Positions 1 to 10,126 of a stretch of DNA of 32,000 bases are shown piece by piece. Numbering within the stretch: the stretch's first letter is position 1; each line of letters opens with the position of its first letter. Under the pieces are notes generated by a model. That model made no database searches. It saw only the letters and a program-made list of their open reading frames with translations, and was not told where the DNA came from. This DNA is from Pseudoalteromonas tetraodonis (GTDB taxonomy: Bacteria > Pseudomonadota > Gammaproteobacteria > Enterobacterales > Alteromonadaceae), in the NCBI RefSeq assembly GCF_002310835.1, contig NZ_CP011041.1, forward strand, positions 2,400,001 through 2,432,000, in the 5' to 3' direction. Position numbers and translations under genes: made by a program.

Positions 1-1413
1 TGCAATTTTTTCAATCGAAACACCGGTTTGCTCTGCTGCACTAGCATTATCGGTTGCCATATCTCTTGCAGAGGTCATCGCACTTACAGATTCATTAGCT
101 GCCACACTTAATGTACTTAACAATTCACGTATTTCATTAGTTGACTGCGCCGTACGAGAGGCAAGCTCACGGACTTCATCTGCAACCACGGCAAAGCCTC
201 GGCCATGTTCACCCGCGCGTGCAGCTTCTATTGCGGCATTTAGGGCTAATAAGTTTGTTTGCTCGGCAATGGATGTAATTACATTTAATATTTGCGATAC
301 ATTTTTAGTGTCATCAGCTAACTTATTAATGGTGCTGGCCGCTATATTAATTTCATCACTTAGCGTTCGCGACGCATTTACAGACATTTTTACTTGTATT
401 CGGCTTTGATCTACTTCTTTTTCTGCGGTTTGCACGGCATTAGATGCGCTTGCAGCTGATTGTGAAATATCACCCACGCTTTGCTTCATTTCTTCCATCG
501 ACTGTTTAACAACATCTGCATCGGTGGTTTGTTTGGTGGTCGCTCTCTCCGCTCGCTCCATCCCTTGTACAAGACGGGTTGAATTTTCCATTAACGGTTC
601 ACATACCGCGATGACTTCTAAAACGGTTTCTCTAAGCAGGCTAATAAAAGCATTAAAGTTTATAGATACCTGTCCTATTTCATCCTCTGAGTTAACAGCA
701 AGCTTGGTACTTAACGACCCTTTACCACTTGCCAAAAGGCTTAAATTATTAGCGGCATCACTAGCTGATGAACCGATATTACGCGCTATCCAAATAGCCA
801 TAAGTAATAACAGTGCTAATGAAACTACCGCAACAACCAGCATTAAGTTAAGTGCGTCATCTGAGCGTGCTTTTGTATTAGCAACAAGCTGGAAAAAGCG
901 ATCATCTGCTTTTTGCTGTGCGCTTTTAAAGCTGGTTAATACGGCTTCGTATAGGCTTGTTTTAAGCTGAGCTTGTTGTTGAATTTTACTGAAATCTGCC
1001 GTGCCATTAACCATACCATTGGCAATAGTTGCAGATATTTTTTCGTAATTAGCTAGTCGTGTTTTTGTATCATTATCAATATAAGAGGTATTAATTGCCT
1101 CAATCGCACCAAGATTAGTAACCAACTGCGCATAGGTTTCACTCGCCTTTGTTACTAAGTCTTGCTCACCAAAGGTTACAGCCTGGGTGTATAATTCATC
1201 TAATTTTTCTAAAATACTTACGTTAGCCAAGGTTAATTTGGCTACTTTATAAGACGATTTCTCCATTTCATTGAGTGATATGCGATTTTCGTTCATGGCA
1301 AAGTAGTTAACCAAAACGATTACTAAGAATGCGATGATCGCTATAGATGTAATTGCATGTATTTTTTTAGTAATGCTGAGGTTTTTAAAAGAGAAACCTG
1401 AAGCCATATTCAT
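1..1413 (-). CDS. methyl-accepting chemotaxis protein; C-terminus runs off the left edge of the window
   Basis: The minus-strand frame is open from the ATG at 1413-1411 to nt 1 (471 codons). It is absent from the ORF track because it is open-ended. My translation starts [17 protein letters not shown], followed by a TM helix ([15 protein letters not shown]) and a second TM helix ([21 protein letters not shown]). It contains the MCP signalling-hairpin signature [38 protein letters not shown] at about nt 151-264, in frame with the start. GGAG lies just upstream of the ATGs at 1413 and 1407. Confidence 0.85.
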   Translation of the reverse strand, partial: MNMASGFSFKNLSITKKIHAITSIAIIAFLVIVLVNYFAMNENRISLNEMEKSSYKVAKLTLANVSILEKLDELYTQAVTFGEQDLVTKASETYAQLVTNLGAIEAINTSYIDNDTKTRLANYEKISATIANGMVNGTADFSKIQQQAQLKTSLYEAVLTSFKSAQQKADDRFFQLVANTKARSDDALNLMLVVAVVSLALLLLMAIWIARNIGSSASDAANNLSLLASGKGSLSTKLAVNSEDEIGQVSINFNAFISLLRETVLEVIAVCEPLMENSTRLVQGMERAERATTKQTTDADVVKQSMEEMKQSVGDISQSAASASNAVQTAEKEVDQSRIQVKMSVNASRTLSDEINIAASTINKLADDTKNVSQILNVITSIAEQTNLLALNAAIEAARAGEHGRGFAVVADEVRELASRTAQSTNEIRELLSTLSVAANESVSAMTSARDMATDNASAAEQTGVSIEKIA

Positions 1414-1439
1414 TTACTCCGTTTAATTATCTATAGTTA

Positions 1440-1472
1440 TTATCGGCTTAAGATGCACAAATGTTAACTTTA
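1440..1472 (-). promoter_or_regulatory. candidate FliA (sigma-28) promoter for the MCP gene
   Basis: The minus strand reads GCCGATAA (1447-1440), a perfect match to the sigma-28 -10 consensus, 27 nt upstream of the ATG. TAAAGTT lies at 1472-1466. The TAAA-to-GCCGATAA gap is 21 nt rather than the canonical 15, so the -35 assignment is doubtful. Confidence 0.35.
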
Positions 1473-1618
1473 TTTTTAACTTTAGACGCTTTTTATACAT
1501 GAAGTTAAATATACCGTAATAATCTTTCGTAAACACTAACAATTGAAATATAGAGTGTTCTACTCAATGATCAACATTAATCCTAAAAGAGTTGTTTAAT
1601 ATTTTAAATTGTAGGCAC

Positions 1619-1652
1619 AAAAAAACCAGTAACATTGCTGTTACTGGTTTTT
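1619..1652 (-). terminator. rho-independent terminator after leuU
   Basis: The stem CCAGTAAC (1626-1633) pairs with GTTACTGG (1640-1647) around a 6-nt loop. An A7 run lies on the left and a T5 run on the right. On the minus strand the hairpin is followed by TTTTTTT. Confidence 0.8.
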
Positions 1653-1657
1653 GTATT

Positions 1658-1742
1658 TGGTGCGGATGGGGGGACTTGAACCCCCACGCCCGAAAGCACT
1701 ACCCCCTCAAGGTAGCGTGTCTACCAATTCCACCACATCCGC
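1658..1742 (-). tRNA. leuU: tRNA-Leu (anticodon GAG), class II with a long variable arm
   Basis: The reverse complement reads GCGGATG-TG-GTGGAATTGGTAGACAC-G-CTACC-TTGAGGG-GGTAG-TGCTTTCGGGCGT-GGGGG-TTCAAGT-CCCCC-CATCCGC-A-CCA. The acceptor, anticodon and T stems all pair. The D-arm and anticodon arm are nearly identical to E. coli leuU as I remember it. The position downstream of secG matches the E. coli secG-leuU operon. Confidence 0.92.
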
Positions 1743-1820
1743 ATTTTTTAAGCTATTGCTTAGTGTTAAGTCCGCATGTTTATTTGAGGGAAATAAACAA
1801 CTTAACGATTTAAAACTAAA

Positions 1821-2174
1821 TTAATTTGGTACGTCAGAGCTTTGCTCTTTAGTTGATGTGACTGGCACATCTTCTTCAACTGGAGTCACTGTTTCAACAG
1901 CTGGAGCCGCTTCTAGGTTTTCCCATTCGTCAGTCTTTTTAATTTGACCGGCAGTTAGGTTACCTAACACAATACTAAGCACAAAAAAGATTGTAGCTAA
2001 TACCGTTGTCGTTTTCGTCATGAAATTCCCAGCCCCAGAAGAACCGAAAACTGTAGACGATGCGCCGGCACCAAATGATGACCCCATGTCCGCACCTTTA
2101 CCTTGTTGGATCAAAACCATACCAACAAGCGCTAAAGCTACAATTAAATACACTACTAATAAAATTTCGTACAT
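1821..2174 (-). CDS. secG: preprotein translocase subunit SecG
   Basis: MYEILLVVYLIVALALVGMVLIQQGKGADMGSSFGAGASSTVFGSSGAGNFMTK closely matches E. coli SecG. I chose the ATG at 2174, which matches the E. coli N-terminus, over the track start at 2195, which would overlap tpiA. Confidence 0.93.
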   Translation of the reverse strand: MYEILLVVYLIVALALVGMVLIQQGKGADMGSSFGAGASSTVFGSSGAGNFMTKTTTVLATIFFVLSIVLGNLTAGQIKKTDEWENLEAAPAVETVTPVEEDVPVTSTKEQSSDVPN

Positions 2175-2175
2175 C

Positions 2176-2925
2176 TTATACGGTCCCTTTTGCACTATTG
2201 CAGATAGCAGTAAATGATTCTGCTTTTAAACTTGCGCCTCCAATTAGGCCGCCGTCTATATCTGTTTGCGCAAATAATAATTCGCTATTTTTTTCATTAA
2301 CGCTACCACCATATAAGATGGTTAGCCCTTGTGCTAAATCGCTATCTAGTGCAGCAATTTTGTCACGGATAAATTTGTGAACACTTTGTGCCTGTTCAGG
2401 CGATGCAGTCTTACCTGTGCCTATAGCCCAAACGGGCTCATATGCTATCACAGATTCTTTTAGTGCTGCTACACCTAATTTATTAATTACTGCGTCAATC
2501 TGCGCAGCAACTACTTGTTCTGTTTGACCGCTTTCTTGCTCTGTTTCGCTTTCGCCAACACATAAAATAGGCGTTAGACCTACTTGTTGCGCGCGAGCAA
2601 ATTTTGCAGCAACGGTATCATTGCTTTCTTTGTATATGCTGCGTCGTTCAGAGTGACCAACCAGTACATATTTCGCACCTAGCTGCTTAATTAGCTCTGC
2701 ATCTACTTCACCAGTAAACGCACCTGGGGTATTTTCAGACACTGTTTGCGTGCCTGTTGTTACACCACTTGCAATCATTGCTGGGACTAGAGGAAACGGA
2801 GGAAATAAAACAATGTTTACTTCAGAAGATTTAACATCGTTAATAGCATCAGACAGTTGTTGAACGAGTTCTAATGAACCATTCATTTTCCAGTTGCCTG
2901 CGACCATCGCTTTGCGTGCTGCCAT
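2176..2925 (-). CDS. tpiA: triosephosphate isomerase
   Basis: TIM signatures are AGNWKMNG, VGHSERR and AYEPVWAIGTG. The ATG at 2925 is preceded by GGAGTGGGAAA (SD). The track start at 2940 adds 5 residues. Confidence 0.93.
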   Translation of the reverse strand: MAARKAMVAGNWKMNGSLELVQQLSDAINDVKSSEVNIVLFPPFPLVPAMIASGVTTGTQTVSENTPGAFTGEVDAELIKQLGAKYVLVGHSERRSIYKESNDTVAAKFARAQQVGLTPILCVGESETEQESGQTEQVVAAQIDAVINKLGVAALKESVIAYEPVWAIGTGKTASPEQAQSVHKFIRDKIAALDSDLAQGLTILYGGSVNEKNSELLFAQTDIDGGLIGGASLKAESFTAICNSAKGTV

Positions 2926-2997
2926 TTTCCCACTCCACATTAGAAAGCGGGCGAGATATTAACTCGACTCGCCCAAAGTTACAAGAGGTTATTGTTA

Positions 2998-4347
2998 TCA
3001 ATCAGTTTGTTTGCTCATAGATTCGACAACCGCTGCTATTTTCTGTGCACTATCTATTACTATTTTTTCTTGCTCAGCTTCAACCATTACTCGTACTACA
3101 GGCTCAGTGCCTGATTTACGCAGTAATACGCGCCCTTTATCTGCTAAGCTTTGCTCTACTTCAGCAACTGCAGCGAGCACTTCGGGTGCTTGGGTCGGAT
3201 CAGTACCGGCAGTGTAACGTACGTTAATCATTTTCATTGGGTACTTAGTAAAACCGGCTCCTAAGTCTTGAAGTGTACGATTTTGTGCTACCATAGCAGC
3301 AAGCACTTGTAAGCTTGAGATGATACCATCACCCGTGCTGATTAAATCTAAATTCAACACATGCCCTGAGCTTTCACCGCCAATTTTCCAGCCTTTTTGC
3401 TGCAGCAGTTCCATCACATAACGATCACCGACTTTACTGCGAGCAAAAGCAATGTTTTTTGCTTTTAACGCATTTTCAAGTCCCATATTCGACATAACCG
3501 TGCCAACAACACCACCGCCTAAATTGTCATCTTGTGCAGCTTGGCAAGCAATAATATAAACCAAATCATCACCGTCGAATACGCGGCCATTATGATCAAC
3601 CATCATCACACGGTCGCCGTCGCCATCATAGGCGATACCGACATCCGCTTTATGCTCTAGTACTTTACGCTTTAATGTATCAACATGGGTTGCGCCACAT
3701 TCATGGTTAATGTTTACGCCATTTGGCTCACATGCATGGGTGATCACCTCTGCACCAAGCTCTCGCATTACAGAAGGAGCAATATGGTATGTAGCACCAT
3801 TAGCACAATCTAAAACAATTTTAATTCCTTCAAGGGATAATCCTTGTGGAAACTGGCTTTTACAAAATTCAATATAACGGCCATCAGCGCTAGATAAACG
3901 TGTTGCTTTACCTAACTTGTCAGAAGCAACACAGGTCATAGGCTCGTCAAGCATCGCTTCAATTTGTAGCTCTACCTCATCATCTAACTTTAAACCTTGG
4001 CCATTGAAAAACTTAATGCCGTTATCATAATAAGGATTATGTGATGCGCTGATCACTATCCCCGCTTCAGCGCGAAACGTTTGCGCTAAATAAGCAACTG
4101 CAGGCGTTGGCATAGGCCCTAAAAGAATAACATCAATACCTGCTGCAATTAATCCAGCCTCTAAAGCAGTCTCCAGCATGTAACCTGAAATACGAGTGTC
4201 TTTACCTATAATGACTTTTTTAGTGCCATGAAGTGAGAGTACACGCCCTGCGGCCCAACCCAATTTCATCGCAAACTCTGGGTTAATAGGACCTTGACCT
4301 ACTAAACCACGCACACCGTCCGTGCCAAAATATTTTCTTTCTTTCAT
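2998..4347 (-). CDS. glmM: phosphoglucosamine mutase
   Basis: The N-terminus is [14 protein letters not shown]. The active-site phosphoserine loop is SASHNP and the metal site is DGDGDR. The start directly abuts the folP stop. Confidence 0.95.
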   Translation of the reverse strand: MKERKYFGTDGVRGLVGQGPINPEFAMKLGWAAGRVLSLHGTKKVIIGKDTRISGYMLETALEAGLIAAGIDVILLGPMPTPAVAYLAQTFRAEAGIVISASHNPYYDNGIKFFNGQGLKLDDEVELQIEAMLDEPMTCVASDKLGKATRLSSADGRYIEFCKSQFPQGLSLEGIKIVLDCANGATYHIAPSVMRELGAEVITHACEPNGVNINHECGATHVDTLKRKVLEHKADVGIAYDGDGDRVMMVDHNGRVFDGDDLVYIIACQAAQDDNLGGGVVGTVMSNMGLENALKAKNIAFARSKVGDRYVMELLQQKGWKIGGESSGHVLNLDLISTGDGIISSLQVLAAMVAQNRTLQDLGAGFTKYPMKMINVRYTAGTDPTQAPEVLAAVAEVEQSLADKGRVLLRKSGTEPVVRVMVEAEQEKIVIDSAQKIAAVVESMSKQTD

Positions 4348-5193
4348 TTAAAGTACTCCTTGTTTGCAGGCTTGATATACGCCAAGCACATCTGCGGTTT
4401 CTTTTACATCATGCACACGAATAATGTGTGCACCGTTTTGTGCGGCGATCAGTGCTCCAGCTAAACTGCCTGCCAATCTATCGTCTGTGTCTCTATTTAA
4501 TAATTTACCAATCATTGACTTACGCGATAATCCCGCGAGCAAAGGAAGTCCCAATTTTGCATAATCGTTAAATTGAGCCAATATTTGATAATTATGCTTT
4601 AGTGTTTTTCCAAAACCAAAACCAGGATCTAAAATTAACTGGCTTTGTTTAATGCCAGCAGCTTCACATGCGGCTATTCGCTGGCTAAAAAAATCGTTTA
4701 TCTCACCCGCTAAGTCATTATAGTGAGGAGCGTGTTGCATACTACGAGGTTGCCCTTGCATATGCATTAAACACACTGCTACCTCAGGAAACTGTGCAAC
4801 CACATCGATTGCGCCGGGCTCTTGCAATGCCCGTACATCGTTGACAATATCAGCACCGGCTTCAATCGCTTGGCGCATCACCTCAGCTTTACTGGTATCG
4901 ATTGAAATAACGCAGTCACTTTGCTCACGAATAGCTTTAATAATAGGAATAACACGCTTTAGCTCATCTTCAAGGCTAACATCAGGTGCGCCTGGGCGTG
5001 TTGACTCGCCACCGATATCTAAAATGGTCGCACCATCATCAAGTAATTGCATCGCATGACTCAGCGCGGCAGTTGTATTTAAGAACTGACCGCCATCAGA
5101 AAATGAATCAGGGGTAACATTCACGATCCCCATAATCACAGGCTCTGCAAAATCAAGCGTTCGGCCACGCGCAAGGTTAATTTTATTATTCAT
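4348..5193 (-). CDS. folP: dihydropteroate synthase
   Basis: Pterin-binding domain motifs are GIVNVTPDSFSDGG, DIGGESTRPG and DPGFGFGK. The ftsH-folP-glmM order is conserved. Confidence 0.93.
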   Translation of the reverse strand: MNNKINLARGRTLDFAEPVIMGIVNVTPDSFSDGGQFLNTTAALSHAMQLLDDGATILDIGGESTRPGAPDVSLEDELKRVIPIIKAIREQSDCVISIDTSKAEVMRQAIEAGADIVNDVRALQEPGAIDVVAQFPEVAVCLMHMQGQPRSMQHAPHYNDLAGEINDFFSQRIAACEAAGIKQSQLILDPGFGFGKTLKHNYQILAQFNDYAKLGLPLLAGLSRKSMIGKLLNRDTDDRLAGSLAGALIAAQNGAHIIRVHDVKETADVLGVYQACKQGVL

Positions 5194-5242
5194 CGCTAAC
5201 CTTAATATGTGATAATTTTAGTTATTTACATCAAACTGATAC

Positions 5243-5269
5243 AAAAAAGCCCCGAACTTCGGGGCTTTT
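5243..5269 (-). terminator. rho-independent terminator after ftsH
   Basis: GCCCCG (5249-5254) pairs with CGGGGC (5260-5265) around a 5-nt loop. On the minus strand the hairpin is followed by TTTTTT. Confidence 0.75.
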
Positions 5270-5288
5270 GGATATGTTATTTTAACGA

Positions 5289-7241
5289 TTATTCAGCTTT
5301 ATCATCAAGGTTTGTTTCATCTTTTTTAGATTCATCAGCTGGTTTTTGTACTTCATCAACTGGTTTGTCTTTAGAAACATCTTCTTTTTCTGGTTTAGCT
5401 TCATGACGGTCATGCGCATCACGTGGTTCACGTACAGGCTGACGAGCCATTAAATCATCAATTTGCTTCGCATCAATGGTTTCATACTTCATTAATGCAT
5501 CTTTCATTGCATGCAGAATATCAATGTTTTCTTTCAATATTGATTCTGCACGTTGATAGTTGCGGTCTGAGAATAAACGTACTTCTGCATCAATTACTTT
5601 CGCCGTCTCATCAGACATGCTCATAGAGCGACCACCGCCGCCACCCATGTACATCTCACTTTGATCTTCAGCGTAAAGTAATGGACCTAATTTTTCGCTT
5701 AAGCCCCACTGAGTCACCATCTTACGCGCAATATCAGTGGCACGTTCAATGTCGTTGCTTGCACCCGTGGTTACTTTGTCTTCACCATAAATGATTGCCT
5801 CAGCAATACGACCACCGTAAAGGCTTGAAATCATTGATTCTAAAAGCTCTTTAGAGTGACTAACACGATCTTGTTCTGGTAAATACATAGTCACACCTAG
5901 CGCTCGGCCACGTGGGATAATAGATACTTTATAAACCGGGTCGTGCTCTGGCACCATACGACCTACAATTGCGTGGCCAGCTTCATGGTAAGCCGTCATT
6001 TCTTTCTCTTGCTCACTCATAACCATGGTCTTGCGCTCAGCGCCCATCATGATTTTATCTTTCGCAGCGTCGAATTCAGCCATACTAACAACACGTTTAT
6101 TGCCACGCGCAGCATACAAAGCCGCTTCATTTACAAGGTTAGCGAGATCAGCACCCGAGAATCCTGGTGTACCACGTGCAATCACGGCCGCTTCAACGTT
6201 ATCGCCTAATGGCACTTTACGCATATGTACTTTGAGAATTTGTTCACGACCACGAATATCAGGTAAACCGACCACTACTTGACGGTCAAAACGACCAGGA
6301 CGAAGTAACGCAGGGTCTAGTACGTCAGGACGGTTTGTCGCAGCAATAACGATAATACCTTCATTACCTTCAAAGCCGTCCATTTCAACAAGCATTTGGT
6401 TTAGAGTTTGCTCACGTTCATCATGGCCGCCCCCCATACCAGCGCCACGTTTACGCCCTACCGCATCAATTTCATCGATAAAGATAATACAAGGAGCTGC
6501 TTTTTTAGCTTGTTCGAACATGTCACGTACACGTGATGCACCTACACCTACAAACATTTCAACAAAGTCAGAACCCGAAATAGTAAAGAACGGTACTTTT
6601 GCCTCACCAGCAACCGCCTTGGCAAGTAATGTTTTACCTGTACCTGGAGGACCGACCATAAGTACGCCTTTAGGAATACTACCGCCTAATTTTTGAAACT
6701 TAGAAGGGTCACGTAAAAAGTCCACCAGCTCGGTTACATCGTCTTTGGCTTCATCACAACCAGCTACATCAGCAAAGGTCGTTTTGACTTGATCTTCACT
6801 CATTAAGCGGGCTTTACTTTTACCAAATGACATGGCGCCTTTGCCACCGCCACCTTGCATCTGACGCATGAAGAAAATCCACACACCAATAAGCAGGATC
6901 ATAGGGAACCAAGAAATAAAAATGCTTGCTAAAAACGATTGCTCTTCAGGTTTAACACCTTTAACGTTCACATCGCTTTTTAACAAATCATTTAAAATGT
7001 CTTTGTCATAAATAGGCATAATGGTTTGAAAACGCTCGCCACTATTTTTTATGCCAGTAATTGTGCCACTACCACTTTCAATGGACACTTCTTGTATAGA
7101 GCCGCTACGGGCGTCTTTTACAAATTGACTGTAACTTGTTTGACGATCAACTTGATCGCCGCCATTAAAGCTCTGAAATACTGACATAAGCACTACTGCA
7201 ATAACCAGCCAGAGTATTAGATTTTTCGCCATATCGCTCAA
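5289..7241 (-). CDS. ftsH: ATP-dependent zinc metalloprotease FtsH
   Basis: There is an N-terminal TM helix. The Walker A motif is GPPGTGKT and Walker B is IIFIDEIDA. The SRH region is present and the zinc motif is HEAGH. The acidic/lysine-rich C-terminal tail is low complexity. Confidence 0.97.
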   Translation of the reverse strand: MSDMAKNLILWLVIAVVLMSVFQSFNGGDQVDRQTSYSQFVKDARSGSIQEVSIESGSGTITGIKNSGERFQTIMPIYDKDILNDLLKSDVNVKGVKPEEQSFLASIFISWFPMILLIGVWIFFMRQMQGGGGKGAMSFGKSKARLMSEDQVKTTFADVAGCDEAKDDVTELVDFLRDPSKFQKLGGSIPKGVLMVGPPGTGKTLLAKAVAGEAKVPFFTISGSDFVEMFVGVGASRVRDMFEQAKKAAPCIIFIDEIDAVGRKRGAGMGGGHDEREQTLNQMLVEMDGFEGNEGIIVIAATNRPDVLDPALLRPGRFDRQVVVGLPDIRGREQILKVHMRKVPLGDNVEAAVIARGTPGFSGADLANLVNEAALYAARGNKRVVSMAEFDAAKDKIMMGAERKTMVMSEQEKEMTAYHEAGHAIVGRMVPEHDPVYKVSIIPRGRALGVTMYLPEQDRVSHSKELLESMISSLYGGRIAEAIIYGEDKVTTGASNDIERATDIARKMVTQWGLSEKLGPLLYAEDQSEMYMGGGGGRSMSMSDETAKVIDAEVRLFSDRNYQRAESILKENIDILHAMKDALMKYETIDAKQIDDLMARQPVREPRDAHDRHEAKPEKEDVSKDKPVDEVQKPADESKKDETNLDDKAE

Positions 7242-7298
7242 GGGGTTAACCTCTTGTATCCAATTAATTTAAATTCAACTAAACGCCAAGCAACTGTA

Positions 7299-7928
7299 CT
7301 ACAGTTTGTATCCAGTCGCTACTATATATACTTCCCGAGAACGGGGACGCGAGGCATCCGGTTTACGTATCTTCACTGCTTTAAAACTATTACGTACATC
7401 TTGCAAATATTGATCAAAGCCTTCACCTTGGAATACTTTAACAATAAACGCGCCATTTTTCTTTAAAACTTGGTTGCACATATCAAGTGCAAGCTCAACC
7501 AAGTACATGCTACCTGCCTGATCAACCGAGTTATTGCCACTCATGTTAGGTGCCATATCAGACAATACCACATCTACATTTTTACCATCAATGCGTTTTA
7601 ACAATGCATCAAGTACCGCTTCTTCACGAAAATCGCCTTGTAAAAAGTCAACGCCCGCTAAAGAGTCCATAGGTAAAATATCACACGCAACCACTTGGCC
7701 TTTGTCACCCACTTTTTCAGCTAAGTATTGTGACCAACTCCCTGGGGCCGCTCCTAAATCAACAACTGTCATCGCTGGGCGCAATAACTTATCTTTGTTT
7801 TGGATTTCGTCTAATTTGAAAACAGCTCGAGAGCGCCAGCCTTTTTTTTGCGCTTCTTGAACATATTTATCATCAAAATGTTCTTTAAGCCAACGTTGTG
7901 AACTGGCTGACTGTTTTTTATTTGTCAT
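7299..7928 (-). CDS. rlmE: 23S rRNA (uridine2552-2'-O)-methyltransferase RlmE/FtsJ
   Basis: The sequence is near-collinear with E. coli RlmE: [49 protein letters not shown] and [10 protein letters not shown]. Confidence 0.95.
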   Translation of the reverse strand: MTNKKQSASSQRWLKEHFDDKYVQEAQKKGWRSRAVFKLDEIQNKDKLLRPAMTVVDLGAAPGSWSQYLAEKVGDKGQVVACDILPMDSLAGVDFLQGDFREEAVLDALLKRIDGKNVDVVLSDMAPNMSGNNSVDQAGSMYLVELALDMCNQVLKKNGAFIVKVFQGEGFDQYLQDVRNSFKAVKIRKPDASRPRSREVYIVATGYKL

Positions 7929-7961
7929 AAATTAACACGCAACTAATTAGTAATATTCTCT

Positions 7962-7990
7962 AGATGGCGTTAGAATACCCTTAATTCAAG
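7962..7990 (-). promoter_or_regulatory. sigma-32 (heat-shock) type promoter for rlmE-ftsH
   Basis: The minus strand reads CTTGAAT (7990-7984), a 14-nt spacer, then CGCCATCT (7969-7962). The consensus is CTTGAAA-N13-14-CCCCATNT. The site ends about 34 nt upstream of the rlmE ATG. E. coli rlmE-ftsH is a known sigma-32 operon. Confidence 0.6.
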
Positions 7991-8016
7991 CCATATTCAG
8001 CAAAATTTGTAATATC

Positions 8017-8313
8017 ATGACATTATCAAACAAACAAAAGCAGTTTTTAAAAGGTCAGGCGCATAGCCTTAAGCCTGTAGTTTTACTAGGTTCTAACGGT
8101 TTAACCGAAGGCGTAGTAGTTGAAATCCAAAGCGCACTAGAAATTCACGAATTAATTAAAGTGAAGGTGCCAACAGACGATCGTGAAACCAAAAAGCTTA
8201 TTTTTGATGCTATTGTTCGCGAAACAGGGGCTACTAAATTACAGACTATCGGTCATACGATTGTGCTTTATCGTCAAAGCCCTGAGAAAAAAATTCAATT
8301 ACCTCGTGGCTAA
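8017..8313 (+). CDS. yhbY: ribosome assembly RNA-binding protein YhbY (CRM domain)
   Basis: KQKQFLKGQAHSLKPVVLLGSNGLTEGVVVEIQSALEIHELIKVKV and DRETK align closely with E. coli YhbY. The gene is divergent from rlmE, as in E. coli. Confidence 0.93.
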   Translation: MTLSNKQKQFLKGQAHSLKPVVLLGSNGLTEGVVVEIQSALEIHELIKVKVPTDDRETKKLIFDAIVRETGATKLQTIGHTIVLYRQSPEKKIQLPRG

Positions 8314-8335
8314 TAAGGCCATTTAAAGGTAAAAC

Positions 8336-8363
8336 AAAAAAACCAGCCATTGCTGGTTTTTTT
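8336..8363. terminator. bidirectional rho-independent terminator between yhbY and the phosphatase gene
   Basis: CCAGC (8343-8347) pairs with GCTGG (8352-8356) around a 4-nt loop. The stem is extended by an A7/T7 run on either side. Confidence 0.75.
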
Positions 8364-8371
8364 ATGCCTGC

Positions 8372-8860
8372 TTAAAAACCCATTGTCAGCGTTTTAACTT
8401 CATAACTATTATTTTCTAGTTTACCCACTAAATAATAATGCCCGTACTGACTCTCATCCATACTTTCAATAGCTTGGTTACTCAATAATGAAGCCAACTG
8501 CGGTGTGGTATTACTATGCCCTATTACTACCACAACGCCATTTTGTGCTAATAATTGTTTTTTCAATGTCATTAGATCAGCAGCATCATAGGTAATAACT
8601 TTAATATTATAATACGCGGCTAATGGCGCTGCCGTGTTTAGGGTACGGTTATAGTTACTGCTGAATAACGTTATGTTTGGATAGGTGTTAACTAACGAAA
8701 CCAAGTGCTCAGCACGCGCTTGGCCTTGGGCAGTTAGAAATGGATTTTCCCCTGTTTGTTTTTCGCTATGTCGAAACAAGTAAACCTGTTCAGGGACAGA
8801 AAAGGCGGGTTGGCAAATAAGTAATAATGCTATTAACAATGTTTTTATGTGGGCGTTCAT
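8372..8860 (-). CDS. secreted histidine phosphatase family protein (PGAM/SixA-like fold)
   Basis: The signal peptide is MNAHIKTLLIALLLICQPAFS. The catalytic RHxE motif is in VYLFRHSEK and the second catalytic His is in VVVIGHSNT. The start overlaps the upstream gene's stop (TAATG at 8862-8858). Confidence 0.7.
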   Translation of the reverse strand: MNAHIKTLLIALLLICQPAFSVPEQVYLFRHSEKQTGENPFLTAQGQARAEHLVSLVNTYPNITLFSSNYNRTLNTAAPLAAYYNIKVITYDAADLMTLKKQLLAQNGVVVVIGHSNTTPQLASLLSNQAIESMDESQYGHYYLVGKLENNSYEVKTLTMGF

Positions 8861-10011
8861 TATTGCTTCTCTCGTTTATATGCTAATAGGCGATTTATAA
8901 ACTCAGTTGTAAGCTCATTTATGAGTCCAGTTTCTGCATTTAAAATTAAGCTAAAGCCAACATTTAAGTGTGGAAACACAACCAAATCACTGCGATAACC
9001 TTGCACCCAACCACTGTGGTAATAAAGCGTTTCATCATCATAATCATACACACGCCAGCCTAGCCCATAGTAGGCTTCGTTCATGTGCTCTCGCCATACT
9101 CGTCTGTAGCGTTCTTTTTTAGTATGTGTATAAGGACGCGTTTGCGTGGCCAATGCATCTAAGGATAATACCGATGGATATTGCCCTAATTGCGCATTTA
9201 ACCAAATAGCCATATCTGACGCACTAGCGTTTACCCCAGCTGCCGGAGCGACTTTATAATAATTCTTTTTCAAACGGGCACTGTACCAACGCTTTTTCCC
9301 ACGCACATGAGGGTGTGCGTAGTTACTATCTTGCACCATGGCATCGTAGCCTAAACTTGCATCGTTCATTTTTAGAGGGATAAAAAATGCGTCATTGAGC
9401 CACTGAGTATAAGTTTTGTTGGTGCTTTTTAAAATCACGTCATCAATTAAACTAAACATGACATTTTGATAGCCGTAACAGTCACCGGGTTCGCATATGG
9501 GTTTTACACTTAATAGCTTTTCTACAATATCGCTATACCCCATTCGCGATTCGATTAAATTATCGTATGCATTCGGTACTAGCCCACTAGAATGGCTTAA
9601 AATATGAAAAACCTTTAAATCATCTTTGTAGTCGGTTTGTTTAAATTCAGGAATGTAATGACTAACAGGAAAATACAAATTAAGTTGTTCTTCATTTGCA
9701 AGTTTTGCCGCTAACGACCCTGCAAACGTTTTAGATACTGAGGCCAAACGAAACCGAGTGTGTGGATTAATTTTTTGCCCACTGCGCACTTTGGTATGCC
9801 CCATAGTATGTATATAGTCACGCGCTTGTGCGTTGACGATGGAAAGCGCTCCGCCCGGAATCTTTTTTACTTTTAGTTTTTTTTCTACGTAGCGTCCATA
9901 ATTTTTAACAAAAGCTTCCCAGTCAGGATCTGTGCTTGCGCTTGCCTGTAAATGCGTCCCTAAAATACATAAAGCAAAAAAATAAAAGGGTAAGGAGTTA
10001 AAATACTTCAT
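8860..10011 (-). CDS. secreted serine hydrolase, beta-lactamase/transpeptidase (class C/PBP4*-like) fold
   Basis: The signal peptide is FFALCILGTHLQASA. The SxxK motif is SVSK (in RLASVSKTF). A YxN motif (YDN) and an HSG triad (YYHSGW), equivalent to KTG, are also present. Confidence 0.75.
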   Translation of the reverse strand: MKYFNSLPFYFFALCILGTHLQASASTDPDWEAFVKNYGRYVEKKLKVKKIPGGALSIVNAQARDYIHTMGHTKVRSGQKINPHTRFRLASVSKTFAGSLAAKLANEEQLNLYFPVSHYIPEFKQTDYKDDLKVFHILSHSSGLVPNAYDNLIESRMGYSDIVEKLLSVKPICEPGDCYGYQNVMFSLIDDVILKSTNKTYTQWLNDAFFIPLKMNDASLGYDAMVQDSNYAHPHVRGKKRWYSARLKKNYYKVAPAAGVNASASDMAIWLNAQLGQYPSVLSLDALATQTRPYTHTKKERYRRVWREHMNEAYYGLGWRVYDYDDETLYYHSGWVQGYRSDLVVFPHLNVGFSLILNAETGLINELTTEFINRLLAYKREKQ

Positions 10012-10126
10012 TCTTAGCTAATTTTTCTTTTTTAGTCATAATCAGCCTCTATAATATCATGAACTTTTGCTCGGACTAACGTACAATATGTTCGATTAAT
10101 GGCTTTTGAGTGGATGTAAAATATTT

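Noticed and set aside
524-970. A 148-aa plus-strand ORF, and similar track ORFs at 2020-2217, 2060-2380, 3011-3227, 4841-5059, 5209-5406, 5423-5626, 5943-6282, 7254-7466, 7534-7860, 15207-15413, 17779-18000, 18430-18759, 19805-20071, 20679-20870, 21879-22136, 22574-22768, 28155-28418 and 28482-28724.
   Set aside because: Almost all lie antisense to, or out of frame within, strongly supported genes (MCPs, secG/tpiA, glmM, folP, ftsH, rlmE, the transporter, the antiporter, the kinase and mipA). The two that extend into flanking intergenic DNA (5209-5406, 7254-7466) only continue the same shadow frames. They have low-complexity, Ser/Ala/Thr-rich or odd composition and no SD sequences. They are shadow ORFs.
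1592-1813. A 73-aa plus-strand ORF.
   Set aside because: It reads straight through the antisense of the tRNA-Leu gene and its terminator. The tRNA call explains this sequence.
8860-10011. Calling the beta-lactamase-fold protein an antibiotic-resistance beta-lactamase.
   Set aside because: The SxxK/YxN/HSG motifs are shared by esterases, D-aminopeptidases and low-molecular-weight PBPs. HSG in place of KTG and the genomic context argue for a generic serine hydrolase. Motifs alone do not support a resistance claim.
10012-10126. An RstA-box-like TACAATATGTTCGA in the divergent promoter region between the hydrolase and lipoprotein genes.
   Set aside because: Four of the twelve specified positions mismatch, including the second half-site (TCGA instead of TACA). 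The match is too weak to report as a site.
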